A stretch of DNA of 64,000 nucleotides, taken from Alphaproteobacteria bacterium. Its GTDB lineage: Bacteria > Pseudomonadota > Alphaproteobacteria > JBFXJJ01. Position numbers and translations under genes: made by a program. Location of the stretch: positions 25,577 through 89,576 of the forward strand of contig JBFXJJ010000010.1 of NCBI GenBank assembly GCA_050175015.1, in the 5' to 3' direction. The notes under the pieces were generated by a model. That model saw only the letters and a list, made by a program, of their open reading frames with translations. It was not told the origin of the DNA and ran no database searches. This document shows positions 10,785 through 20,261 of this stretch, in pieces; the stretch's first letter is position 1, and each line of letters opens with the position of its first letter.

Positions 10785-11956
10785 TTAGGTTTAATTTTGT
10801 TTATAAGATTAGGGAGTTTTTTTAATATTATAACGATAGGTAAAAACAAAGCATCAAAAGGAGACAAATCTCCTGCAAAAAATAATAGTCTTGCAAATCT
10901 TTGTTTTAAGTTCAATTTTTTTGTATCAGAAATCTTAAAAAGTTTGAACTCAGAACTTTCTTTTATACTGTTTATAATATTGGCATCTTGAGGTTTCATT
11001 GTTCTAGAAAAATGAGCAAGCGCATTGTTTCCATCTTTGCAAGTTAAAATATATCCATCTTTAAATTCAGATATATTTTTGGCTCCGTACAAATCAATAA
11101 CAAGATTATCGTTCTTATCTATTGGTAAAAGATTTCTTATTTTGGAAGATAAAATTTCTCCCCAGCCATCATATATAGCCAGCGATTTTTCCAAGCTTAT
11201 AAAACTCCATTTCTTTTCACCATAAAGGAGTTGGTTCTGAAAAGTTGTGGTTGCATAAGCATAATGAGTGCCTCTGTCTCCAAAATTGCTTGTAAGGCTA
11301 ATTCTTGGATAAACAAAAAATAAATCTTGATGAGCCATATATGATACAAACAATTTTTTCCAAGAACTTTCAGCCCAAATTCTAACATTTGAAGGTATTG
11401 CGGGGTGGTTCATTGGAATGTTGTTATCACATTCTTTGAGCCATATTTTAAAAGATTTCCATTGTTTAGATGTCCATGCCTGTCCACAAGAAGATGGAAG
11501 CTGCATAAAATAAATGTCTGTTCCATCATTGATAGGAGAGAAGGGGAAACCAGCGGTTTCATTGTAGCTTGGTGAAAACAAAGAAATTCCAGCAATTTTT
11601 TCATCATTTTGATAATAAGATATACAGTTTTCTGCATAATCTGGAAAATATGGTGAAACGTAAAGATCATCTTCAAGCATAATTATAGAACCATACTTAT
11701 CCGATAAATCTCCAGCCCATAGGATATGTTTTCTCAATCCTTTTTGTTCAGAGTGAACAATCACTTCTTTTTCACCATATTGCCAATTAAATTGGTTCGC
11801 AACATCTATGACATCTGAGAATTTTCCAGAATCTATACTTATGATTAATTTGACATCATCATGATTACCAAATTTAGCTTTGGCTAAAGAGGTAAGTAAT
11901 CTTAAAAGAGCATCGGAGCGATTATAAGCTATGACAACTATAGCGGGGAAAGACAT
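10769..11956 (-). CDS. GT-A fold glycosyltransferase
   Basis: IAYNR, ISID, MLEDDL, NFGDRGTH. Confidence 0.75.
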   Translation of the reverse strand: MSFPAIVVIAYNRSDALLRLLTSLAKAKFGNHDDVKLIISIDSGKFSDVIDVANQFNWQYGEKEVIVHSEQKGLRKHILWAGDLSDKYGSIIMLEDDLYVSPYFPDYAENCISYYQNDEKIAGISLFSPSYNETAGFPFSPINDGTDIYFMQLPSSCGQAWTSKQWKSFKIWLKECDNNIPMNHPAIPSNVRIWAESSWKKLFVSYMAHQDLFFVYPRISLTSNFGDRGTHYAYATTTFQNQLLYGEKKWSFISLEKSLAIYDGWGEILSSKIRNLLPIDKNDNLVIDLYGAKNISEFKDGYILTCKDGNNALAHFSRTMKPQDANIINSIKESSEFKLFKISDTKKLNLKQRFARLLFFAGDLSPFDALFLPIVIILKKLPNLINKIKPKWIKK

Positions 11957-11958
11957 TT

Positions 11959-13065
11959 TTATAAAACTCCAAAAGTTTTTAAATATTGATTGCTAATATT
12001 TTCTATTTTATGGCTGGAAACGCTCGCTATTATTTGATCTTTATCAAAGTTTGTATCGAGAGCAGTTAAAATTTTTTCTGCCATTTTATCTTCATCTCCA
12101 ACAGGAGTTAAAAAGCCATTTTCTCCGTCTTTTATTAATTCTGATGGACCGCTTGGACAATTTGTTGAAACCGATGGGCATCCACAAGCTAATGCTTGGA
12201 GCAGCATATTGGGCATACCTTCTCTAATTGATGATAAAACAAATAAATCTGATTTAGCTAAAAATGCAAATGGGTTGCTGATTTGACCGATTAAATCTAC
12301 GTTTTCTTTTAAATCAAGCTCTGCAATTAACTGTTCTAGCTTATTTCTATCGGCTCCTTCTCCCATAATAATCAAGTTGACATCTTTTTTGGTTCTAACC
12401 TTAGCAAAAGCCTTTATAAGTAACGAAAAGTTTTTTTGCTCACACAGTCGTCCGCCTGCGACAATTAGAGGCAGAGCTTTATTGTTAAGCCATTTATGTT
12501 CTGCTGGTTCTTGTGATTTTGTTTGTAAATCGTAAGGAATGGGGTTAGGGATAGTTATAACATTTTTGACATTATATACTTTTCTTAGATCTTCAGCTAC
12601 TCCCATAGAAGGGCAGATAACCCCTTTGGTGAATTTATATAAAAACTTCAAAACAACAGCTTTATTTTTACTGTTTTTTTGTTCTGCCTCTACCGATGAT
12701 GTGTTTGCAACCCTCACAAAAAGTTTGCCTATTCTTCCTGCAAGAAGATAAGCCAGAATGCATACAATATTGGAGTAGTTCAATGTTGATATTGAAACTT
12801 TGGGTTTTCGGCTTTTTAGATATTGGGCTAGTTTAAAAATACTTTGCCTTAGTCTTTTAGCACCAGGATAAACTATTTCAATTCTAGCATCTAAAACAGA
12901 TTCATAGATATTTTTGCCATAATTATCGGGCCACCTAACCATAACAAAGTCAACATTTAGCCCTTTGCGGGCAAAGGAATTGGCAAGTTCAACAAAAGCA
13001 TTTTCTGCACCAGAAATAATTTTACTTTCGGTAATAAAAAAAGATATATCAGGCTGTCTAGTCAT
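11959..13065 (-). CDS. Glycosyltransferase family 4 (paralogue of 6265..7392)
   Basis: SGAE, GRLCEQKNF, FVLSSIREGMPNMLLQA. Confidence 0.9.
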   Translation of the reverse strand: MTRQPDISFFITESKIISGAENAFVELANSFARKGLNVDFVMVRWPDNYGKNIYESVLDARIEIVYPGAKRLRQSIFKLAQYLKSRKPKVSISTLNYSNIVCILAYLLAGRIGKLFVRVANTSSVEAEQKNSKNKAVVLKFLYKFTKGVICPSMGVAEDLRKVYNVKNVITIPNPIPYDLQTKSQEPAEHKWLNNKALPLIVAGGRLCEQKNFSLLIKAFAKVRTKKDVNLIIMGEGADRNKLEQLIAELDLKENVDLIGQISNPFAFLAKSDLFVLSSIREGMPNMLLQALACGCPSVSTNCPSGPSELIKDGENGFLTPVGDEDKMAEKILTALDTNFDKDQIIASVSSHKIENISNQYLKTFGVL

Positions 13066-14146
13066 AAAGAGAAAAAATCCTTTTAATAATATTTTCTGGG
13101 TTATGGTTGTTTATAGTTAGCTTTATGCTTTCATTACTAAAGTTTAATATATTATCTTTTGAGGAAATAACACGCTCTATTTTGTTTTTTAAATCATTTT
13201 CGTTATCTTTCTCAAAAAGGTAACCGTTTGCATTTTGTTTTATGTAACAAGATGTGCCATTGTCATTGCTACAAATAACAGGAAGAGCACAAGACATAGC
13301 TTCAAGTTGTGAAAAAGAGGCTGGCTCCTTACTGCTTGGTAAGACAAAAAGATTATGTTTTTGGTACTCTGCCAAAATGTCATTATGAGGTAAATTGTTT
13401 TTTATCGTTATATAGTCATCTGCATTGTTTTGTTTTATTAAGTCCGTTATTTTCGCAAAATATTGGAGATGTTCAGGCGTTGAATTTTCTCCAATTATGG
13501 TTAAGGATAAATCATATTTAGCTTTTAAGTCGCAAACGGCTTTTATCAAAAGGTGAAGATTTTTTCTTTCAACAAATTTACCAACAGAGATTATTTTTAT
13601 TTTATCACAAGGAACAATCTTTTTTGAGGTAACCTCTATTGCAAACGGAACATAAAAATAAAATTGATTTAATTGAAAAATGTTGTCTTGAATATTTTTT
13701 ACAGGAGTAATCCATTTGAACCCTAAAAGTTTTGATAACAGAACACAGCGTTTGGTTTTGGGCATTGTTTCAAGTGGATTTTGGCAGTAAAGAATAGCTT
13801 TTATTCCAAATATTTTTGCTAAGATAATGGTCAAAAAACTAAGGAAAATGGTGTTGGGATCTCTTGCAATAATAAGATTAGGCTGTGCTTTTTTTAGTTC
13901 AAGGGCATAGCTAATAATGTTTGGGAAAAAAGATCTTATAGTTCGGCTATAATTAAATTTAAAAATATTTTTAAGTAGATTGAATAATATTGATGGTTTT
14001 ATAATTTTAGGTTCCAAGACATTATAGTTTTCGCTGTTTCCTTTTGTAATGGCAAAAAAAGATACATCGTGGCCTTCTTTTTTCAAGGCTTTAACTAAAT
14101 AAAATTGATTTGTGTGAAATCTTGGAGCAACAAACAAAATTTTCAT
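13058..14146 (-). CDS. Glycosyltransferase family 4
   Basis: VGKFVERKN, FVLPSSKEPASFSQLEAMSC. Confidence 0.85.
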   Translation of the reverse strand: MKILFVAPRFHTNQFYLVKALKKEGHDVSFFAITKGNSENYNVLEPKIIKPSILFNLLKNIFKFNYSRTIRSFFPNIISYALELKKAQPNLIIARDPNTIFLSFLTIILAKIFGIKAILYCQNPLETMPKTKRCVLLSKLLGFKWITPVKNIQDNIFQLNQFYFYVPFAIEVTSKKIVPCDKIKIISVGKFVERKNLHLLIKAVCDLKAKYDLSLTIIGENSTPEHLQYFAKITDLIKQNNADDYITIKNNLPHNDILAEYQKHNLFVLPSSKEPASFSQLEAMSCALPVICSNDNGTSCYIKQNANGYLFEKDNENDLKNKIERVISSKDNILNFSNESIKLTINNHNPENIIKRIFSLYD

Positions 14147-15369
14147 TGGTTGTTTTCCTTTTTTTTAGGAATGTAACCATCTTGTAGCATTTTAATGTTT
14201 TTCGATATTTCAAAATCTTCTTTTTTGTTTTTTGTAATACAGGTTAAATAGTTTTGGACAAGATTAATATGCGCTTCGCAGGTTAAAATGTTTTTTATTA
14301 AAAAAAAGTTTTTAGTTTTTTTTATAATGTTGAGGGTGTTTTTGCCGTGTTTGAAGCACCAATTATCCCAATATAGTTTAAGTTTTGAACTGTTTTGGGC
14401 TATGTCTGAGATGTATTTTAAATAAGATAAGAAATAGTTTTTGCCATCATTTTCTAATTTTTTAATAGTTGTTTCATCTTCTAAAAATTCAAAAGGGATA
14501 ATTTCTATATTGGGTTTTTTGTTTGCTGCAAGCTCAATGGTTGCCGCATAGCTAGTATTAAATAAATCTAGTTTTTTAGTTTTTGTTTTTAAGAACGATT
14601 TTATCAAAAATTTAATTTTAGATTTTAGATTTTTATAAATAATTTTATCGAAAATAAAATTTCCTAAGCTGTACACTATAATAGAGTTATTATACTCCTC
14701 ATAACCTTGAGGACAGTGGGTATGACTTGCGATTACTGCATCAGCACCAGCGTTGGTGTATTCTCGGTATAGTTTTACCGTGTTGGGACTGGGAAAGGGA
14801 CAATATTCATTGCCTCCGTGAATAAAAACAACAACAAAGTTATTTTCTTTTTTTAAGTTTTGTATTTGCAAAACGTTCTGTATCGGGGATAAAGGAGAAG
14901 AACCACCTTTATTATCTTCAGCCATACCAAATTCATTTTCAGCAAGAGCAATAAAGGCGGCCTTAAAACCATTTTTTTCCAAAATAAATGGGGATTGTGC
15001 TTCAGATAAATTTTTTCCCATACCGATATAGTTTATCTTATATTCGTTTAAAGTTTTGATGCTGTCTTCAATGCCATTTTCATAATCACCAATGTGGTTG
15101 TTTGCACAAACGGCAAGATTAAAGCCTGTTTGTTTTAAAAAATCAGCACATATGGGGTCTAATTTTAAATTAATGCCAAATTTGGGAGCTTTTTTCAGAC
15201 TTTTTGTAAGTGGTGCTTCTAGGTTCAATACCGTAATATCCGATTTGCTGATGTCATTTTTGAATGGTTCTATTATTTTGAAACTTTCTTTGTTTTCTAT
15301 TCTTTCTTTTGTTTTGTTCAGAGGACAAAAATCGCCAACACAAAATATTTTGAGATTATTATTTGCCAT
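14143..15369 (-). CDS. CapA/PgsA-family metallophosphoesterase
   Basis: VGDF, NLEAP, ANNHIGDY, IHGGNE, SHTHCPQG, YSLGNF; start moved to ATG 15369. Confidence 0.85.
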   Translation of the reverse strand: MANNNLKIFCVGDFCPLNKTKERIENKESFKIIEPFKNDISKSDITVLNLEAPLTKSLKKAPKFGINLKLDPICADFLKQTGFNLAVCANNHIGDYENGIEDSIKTLNEYKINYIGMGKNLSEAQSPFILEKNGFKAAFIALAENEFGMAEDNKGGSSPLSPIQNVLQIQNLKKENNFVVVFIHGGNEYCPFPSPNTVKLYREYTNAGADAVIASHTHCPQGYEEYNNSIIVYSLGNFIFDKIIYKNLKSKIKFLIKSFLKTKTKKLDLFNTSYAATIELAANKKPNIEIIPFEFLEDETTIKKLENDGKNYFLSYLKYISDIAQNSSKLKLYWDNWCFKHGKNTLNIIKKTKNFFLIKNILTCEAHINLVQNYLTCITKNKKEDFEISKNIKMLQDGYIPKKKENNQ

Positions 15370-16246
15370 TGGTTTTATAATCCCATAAATTACCCATCTC
15401 GAAATCAAAAGATATAGGAAAAACAGGCATCGTTCCTGCGCCAGAGCATGGGGTTAACTCTCCAAAGACGATTTTTTCTTCATTAATGCAGTAAAAATCA
15501 ACTCTCATAGCATCAAAATCTTTGCCCAAAATTTCAGCAAGCTCGATCATTTTTTCCATTTTTTTAGGTTTTTTTATTTCGCCTTTACAGGGGTAACCAT
15601 GGAAAACTTCGAGGTTTTGTTTATTCCAATCACAATCATAAACAACCCTATAATGATTTTTTGTAAAACGTCCAAAATCTACTTGAATATAGTAAGCTTT
15701 GCCTCCAAAAGTGAAAATTTTATAATCACTTGGAACTCTAAAATCATCTTCATATAAAAAACGCTCAAAAAGAACTCTAGGCTTCATTTTTAAATACCAA
15801 TTTTCATCTGTTGCAAAGCCTATTTTATGAGAAAGCATATAGCTCGCTTTATCTTTTATGATTTGTTTTGATATTTTTGATTTATCTTTTACAAGAAAGA
15901 TGAAATCCTTGCCACTTCCATGGGCGCCTTTCATAACAAAAGTTTGAGGGAGTTTTTCAAAGTCTATATCAGATGTTTTTTCTGCAACAAGAAAAATATC
16001 ATTGAGATATTCTTCTCCAATTTTGTTTTTAATATAATCTCTAACAAGAAATTTATCACCAATTTTGATAGCATAATCCATATTGCGATAAAGTTTCATA
16101 TGAAGGGTCTTTTCGCAGAAAGATTGCGGATTTTTTAAATTTGGCCAGTATTTCATTTTTCTGCGAAAACGCAAAATCTCGTGCAATCTTTTTCCTAAAA
16201 CAAGACGAGACAAGATGTTCATAAGTGGTTTTATTTTTTTAAGCAA
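15359..16246 (-). CDS. TupA-like ATP-grasp protein
   Basis: PQSFCEK, DKFLVRDY, FVMKGAHGSG, DYKIFTF, RVDFY, FGELTP. Confidence 0.85.
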   Translation of the reverse strand: MLKKIKPLMNILSRLVLGKRLHEILRFRRKMKYWPNLKNPQSFCEKTLHMKLYRNMDYAIKIGDKFLVRDYIKNKIGEEYLNDIFLVAEKTSDIDFEKLPQTFVMKGAHGSGKDFIFLVKDKSKISKQIIKDKASYMLSHKIGFATDENWYLKMKPRVLFERFLYEDDFRVPSDYKIFTFGGKAYYIQVDFGRFTKNHYRVVYDCDWNKQNLEVFHGYPCKGEIKKPKKMEKMIELAEILGKDFDAMRVDFYCINEEKIVFGELTPCSGAGTMPVFPISFDFEMGNLWDYKTNGK

Positions 16247-16340
16247 TAGATTTGCCCTTAAGGTATTTAATTATGATGATTTAAACATCAGGATAATATT
16301 AAATTAATAATAAAATGTCGAGTTCATAAGTGTAAAAAAG

Positions 16341-16369
16341 TTGAAAAAATAAAAACATTTTGGTATAAG
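16341..16369 (+). promoter_or_regulatory. Putative sigma70 promoter of the MBOAT/SGNH pair
   Basis: TTGAAA-N17-TATAAG with extended -10 TG, about 90 bp upstream of ATG 16461. Confidence 0.45.
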
Positions 16370-16460
16370 CAAAACCTGTTTGTTTTTTAGCAAAGTTTAA
16401 ATAACATTTTTAGTTTGTTTTAGGAATAAAGTTTGATTTTTTTTATGTGTTTGGAGCAAT

Positions 16461-17924
16461 ATGTTATTTAATTCCTATTCTTATATTTTGTTGTTTTTAC
16501 CAATAACGTTTTTTGTTTATTATGCCCTTAATAAATGGCACTATGTTTTAGCTGGTAGAGCCTTTCTAGTTATGGCATCACTGTTTTTTTATTCTTGGTG
16601 GAATCCTTTATATTTACCGTTTTTATTGTTTTCTATTCTGGTTAATTATGCCATAGGCACGGCTCTTTTAAACGAAAAAGAAGGCAGAATTAAACCAAAG
16701 TTTCTGCTTATATTTGGGATAATGCTAAATTTAGGTTTTTTGGGCTATTTTAAGTACGCTGATTTTTTTATTTCGAATGTTAATATTTTATTTAAGACTA
16801 ATTTTAATCTTTTAAAGATAGTTTTACCTCTAGCTATATCTTTTTTTACATTTCAACAAATAGCATATTTGGCTGATAGCTATAAAAAAGAGACCAAAGA
16901 ATATGATTTTTTAAATTATAGCTTGTTCGTTTGTTTTTTTCCGCAGTTAATCGCTGGACCTATTGTTCATCATATGGAAATGATGCCTCAATTTGCTAAT
17001 AAACGTAATCTTATTAAAAATTATAAAAACATAGCTCTTGGATTTTTTATTTTTTCTTTGGGGCTTTTTAAAAAATCGGTAATTGCTGATTACTTTGCAA
17101 ACTTTGCTAATAATGGTTATGAGGCAGCAAATACGCTTAATTTTGTAGAAGGCTGGGTTACAAGTTTAAGTTATACCTTTCAGCTATATTTTGATTTTTC
17201 TGGATATACTGATATGGCGATTGGTTCTGCTCTTTTGTTTAATATTAAATTACCCCTTAATTTTAATTCTCCATATAAAGCTCTTAATATTCAAGATTTT
17301 TGGAGACGTTGGCATATGACACTTTCAAGGTGGCTTAAAGATTATTTGTATATTCCTCTTGGCGGTAATCGCAAAGGTAGAGTTAGAGGTTATATGAATT
17401 TATTTATAACATTTTTGCTTGGTGGTTTATGGCATGGTGCCGCTTGGACATTTGTTGTTTGGGGAGCAATGCATGGTTTTGCTACTGTTCTCTATAAAGT
17501 ATGGCATAGCTTAGGCTTTAAATTACCGAAGCTTATTGCTTGGTTTATAACGTTTATGTTTATTAACATTACGTGGATATTTTTTAGAGCTGATAATTTG
17601 ACGCAAGCAAAGAGTATTCTGAAAGCTATGTTGGGAATGCAAGGATTTAGAGTTCCCAGAAAACTAGGTTTTTTGGCAGATGTTTTTCCTAAGATTGATG
17701 TTCAAGTTGGAGATATGTTAGGAAACATTTATAAAAATAGTCCTCTAAACGTGTTTTTAATATTTTTTGCTATTTTTATTATAGTCTTTATATTAAATAA
17801 CTCTAATGAGTTAAAAGAAAAATTTAAACCTACCATTAAATACCAAATATTTAATAGCATTGTTTTAGTTGTTGGTTTGATGTCTTTAGTTAAGGTTTCA
17901 GAGTTTTTATATTTTAATTTTTAG
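16461..17924 (+). CDS. MBOAT family O-acyltransferase (AlgI/PatA/DltB-like)
   Basis: PLAISFFTFQ, FPQLIAGPI, YFDFSGYTD, FWRRWHMTLS, GLWHGA. Confidence 0.92.
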   Translation: MLFNSYSYILLFLPITFFVYYALNKWHYVLAGRAFLVMASLFFYSWWNPLYLPFLLFSILVNYAIGTALLNEKEGRIKPKFLLIFGIMLNLGFLGYFKYADFFISNVNILFKTNFNLLKIVLPLAISFFTFQQIAYLADSYKKETKEYDFLNYSLFVCFFPQLIAGPIVHHMEMMPQFANKRNLIKNYKNIALGFFIFSLGLFKKSVIADYFANFANNGYEAANTLNFVEGWVTSLSYTFQLYFDFSGYTDMAIGSALLFNIKLPLNFNSPYKALNIQDFWRRWHMTLSRWLKDYLYIPLGGNRKGRVRGYMNLFITFLLGGLWHGAAWTFVVWGAMHGFATVLYKVWHSLGFKLPKLIAWFITFMFINITWIFFRADNLTQAKSILKAMLGMQGFRVPRKLGFLADVFPKIDVQVGDMLGNIYKNSPLNVFLIFFAIFIIVFILNNSNELKEKFKPTIKYQIFNSIVLVVGLMSLVKVSEFLYFNF

Positions 17925-17940
17925 TAGGTTTCTTTAAAGT

Positions 17941-18888
17941 ATGAGCTATAGAAAATATCTTCTCAGGGTTTTACTGTTTTCTATCATAAACATTTTTCTT
18001 ATTCTTAGTTTAGCAGCTTATTTAAATAAAGATTATGAAAGCGATGTTTTGTTTGATAAAGAATATTTATTAAAAACAAATCCTCAAATAATATTTGCTG
18101 GCGATAGCCGTGCGGAAATGCATTTGGACCCAGATGTAGCTGTGGCTTTTTTAGATATGAAAAATGGAGATGTTATTAATATTGCCCAATCTTCAGGAGA
18201 TATTCTTGTTGTAAATGATTTGGCCGTACGATTTCCTAATAAATTTATCAATGCGACGCTTATCGTCAGTATTAGTGCTAATCAATTAAATGATGGTGCT
18301 AAAACACCCGTTTACTTTCCTAATTCTATGATTGCAAAAATGAATATTTTTGAGCAAATACAGATGTTTATTCCTAAAAATGCTGAAACATTATTTGCAT
18401 ATTATTACAGTAATATTGAACAAAAAATCAAAAAAATATTAGGTATTAATTTAAAAAAACCAAACCATAAATATGATAATCATAGAGGTTTTAAAATAAA
18501 CGATAAAATGGCAAGTTTAGAGAGAATGATTTCAAAGAAAGATATAAATAATCATCCTTGGTATCAAAATTATAATTATTATGGTTTAAAGCACCAACTA
18601 ATAAAAGATGCGCTTTCATCCTTGAAGAAAAGAGTAAAGAGGTTGGTTGTTTATACAGGAACATTCGCTCCTACTTATATAAAAAATATAGAAAATACAA
18701 ATGTTTGGGAGAGTGAAGTTGTTTTTCAAAAGGCTCTTTTCGAAATATGCAAGGATTTGGATATAGAATTTATAAATTTTGTGGATTATAGCGATTTCGA
18801 AGATAAACTTTTTTCTGATGAAGCTCATTTCAATTATGAAGGTGCTAAAGTTTTTACTAAAATATTACTTTCAAAAGTTTTCAATTAG
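17941..18888 (+). CDS. SGNH-like acyltransferase partner (DltD/AlgJ-like)
   Basis: N-terminal membrane anchor, GDSR block I, DEAH (DxxH) near C-terminus; follows MBOAT. Confidence 0.65.
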   Translation: MSYRKYLLRVLLFSIINIFLILSLAAYLNKDYESDVLFDKEYLLKTNPQIIFAGDSRAEMHLDPDVAVAFLDMKNGDVINIAQSSGDILVVNDLAVRFPNKFINATLIVSISANQLNDGAKTPVYFPNSMIAKMNIFEQIQMFIPKNAETLFAYYYSNIEQKIKKILGINLKKPNHKYDNHRGFKINDKMASLERMISKKDINNHPWYQNYNYYGLKHQLIKDALSSLKKRVKRLVVYTGTFAPTYIKNIENTNVWESEVVFQKALFEICKDLDIEFINFVDYSDFEDKLFSDEAHFNYEGAKVFTKILLSKVFN

Positions 18889-19104
18889 AGTTAGTAGCTT
18901 TTGAAGTTAAGTTATATATTCAAAAAAACAAAGAAGCAAATGCAGTTTTTGAATTTATCTAAGTATTAATTAAGTAAACATTGAGTTGTGTCTTACAATA
19001 TAACAAGTATAAGATATGCGATTAAATTTAATAAATGGTTATTAAAAAACAATGATTGCAAGAGAAAACTAAATTTTAGTTCTAAAAGTTTATTTTAATG
19101 GTAT

Positions 19105-19506
19105 CTATTTTTCATTATCAACAACGGCGACAGCTTCAAATTCCACTTTGATTTTAGGGTTAGGAAACGAGGTTTGTAAGGTGAATCTTGCGGGTTGGTT
19201 TTCTGGGTTAGGAAAATATTTTAAATAGATTTCATTCATAGCATCAAAGTCATTTAAGTCAGATAAGAAAATTCCAACTTTAATAATTTTATTAACGCAG
19301 CTTCCCGCTCTTTCCACAAACATTTTAACATTTTCCATAGCCTTTTCAGCTTGGGTGTAAATGTCGCCGTCAATAAACTCTCCCGTATGCCAATCAACTG
19401 ATGGCTGGGTTGATATGAAAACGAGTTTTCCTTCTGAAGATACAAGGTTGTTATAGGGGGTTTTAGGTTCTTTTAAATCATCAAAATGATATACTTTTTT
19501 ACTCAT
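19105..19506 (-). CDS. RidA family protein
   Basis: DFDAMNEIY, PAR, KVEFEAVA. Confidence 0.85.
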   Translation of the reverse strand: MSKKVYHFDDLKEPKTPYNNLVSSEGKLVFISTQPSVDWHTGEFIDGDIYTQAEKAMENVKMFVERAGSCVNKIIKVGIFLSDLNDFDAMNEIYLKYFPNPENQPARFTLQTSFPNPKIKVEFEAVAVVDNEK

Positions 19507-19526
19507 AAAATATTCCTGAACTTTTG

Positions 19527-20249
19527 CTATTTCAAAAAATCACCGACATATAAAAGATGTTCCCAAGGAAGGTCATCATTAGAAACTACGTCAAGAATGG
19601 TATCTAACGTTGCTTTTATAATATTTTCTCGGTCTTTAAAGCCTGCCGCAGAGACAATAGCAACAGGAGTGTCTCCTTCATAATGAAGTTTAAGCTCACT
19701 AACAACATTGGGTAAATCCATATTCATTGTAAACAAGATCATAGTCGATTTAGTTTGAGCTAATTTGGCAATTTTTCCTGTTTCAGTTTTAACCGCCTTA
19801 GTTAAAACTATCGCCGCATCATAAGAGTTGCTTAACTCTTTTCCTAAGGCAGCACTTGCGGCATTAAAACTTGATATGCCAGGAATAATAACAGGATTTA
19901 AATCGGCAAATTCTTTAAGGTATCCCGCTTGTGGACTGTAAATTGTTGGATCGCCAAAATCTAAAATAGCGACGGTTTTGCCAGCGAAAACAGCTTGTCT
20001 GATGATTTTTCTAATTTTATCTTCTTCTGTTAAAACTTCGGTTTCATCTTTTCCTCTGCGACCCATAGGCGTAAAAAGTCCGTGTCCCGCATCATAAACT
20101 TCTTTATTTGTTAGATAATCTTGGAACTGTTCTTTAACAAAATCCATAGCAAAAACAATATCAGCACTTTCTATAGTCTTAACAGCTTTAAGGGTAATAT
20201 TATCAATATCACCAATGCCTACGCTAACAAGGTATAAATTGGTTTCCAT
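19527..20249 (-). CDS. Tetrapyrrole (precorrin-type) SAM-dependent methylase, CobM-like
   Basis: YLVSVGIGD..NITLKA, GDPTIY, IIPGISSFNAA. Confidence 0.8.
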   Translation of the reverse strand: METNLYLVSVGIGDIDNITLKAVKTIESADIVFAMDFVKEQFQDYLTNKEVYDAGHGLFTPMGRRGKDETEVLTEEDKIRKIIRQAVFAGKTVAILDFGDPTIYSPQAGYLKEFADLNPVIIPGISSFNAASAALGKELSNSYDAAIVLTKAVKTETGKIAKLAQTKSTMILFTMNMDLPNVVSELKLHYEGDTPVAIVSAAGFKDRENIIKATLDTILDVVSNDDLPWEHLLYVGDFLK

Positions 20250-20261
20250 TATTGTTGCTCC

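Noticed and set aside
14143-15369. Poly-gamma-glutamate capsule synthesis
   Set aside because: Only a CapA-like gene is present; capB/capC are absent from the window.
6265-16246. A/T homopolymer runs of 8-9 nt in glycosyltransferase genes as slippage switches
   Set aside because: Such runs occur throughout this AT-rich sequence and all frames are intact.
19527-20249. Borosin-type peptide N-methyltransferase acting on the 47-aa peptide
   Set aside because: Same fold class, but it has GDPTIY of CobM-like methylases rather than the borosin YGHP motif.
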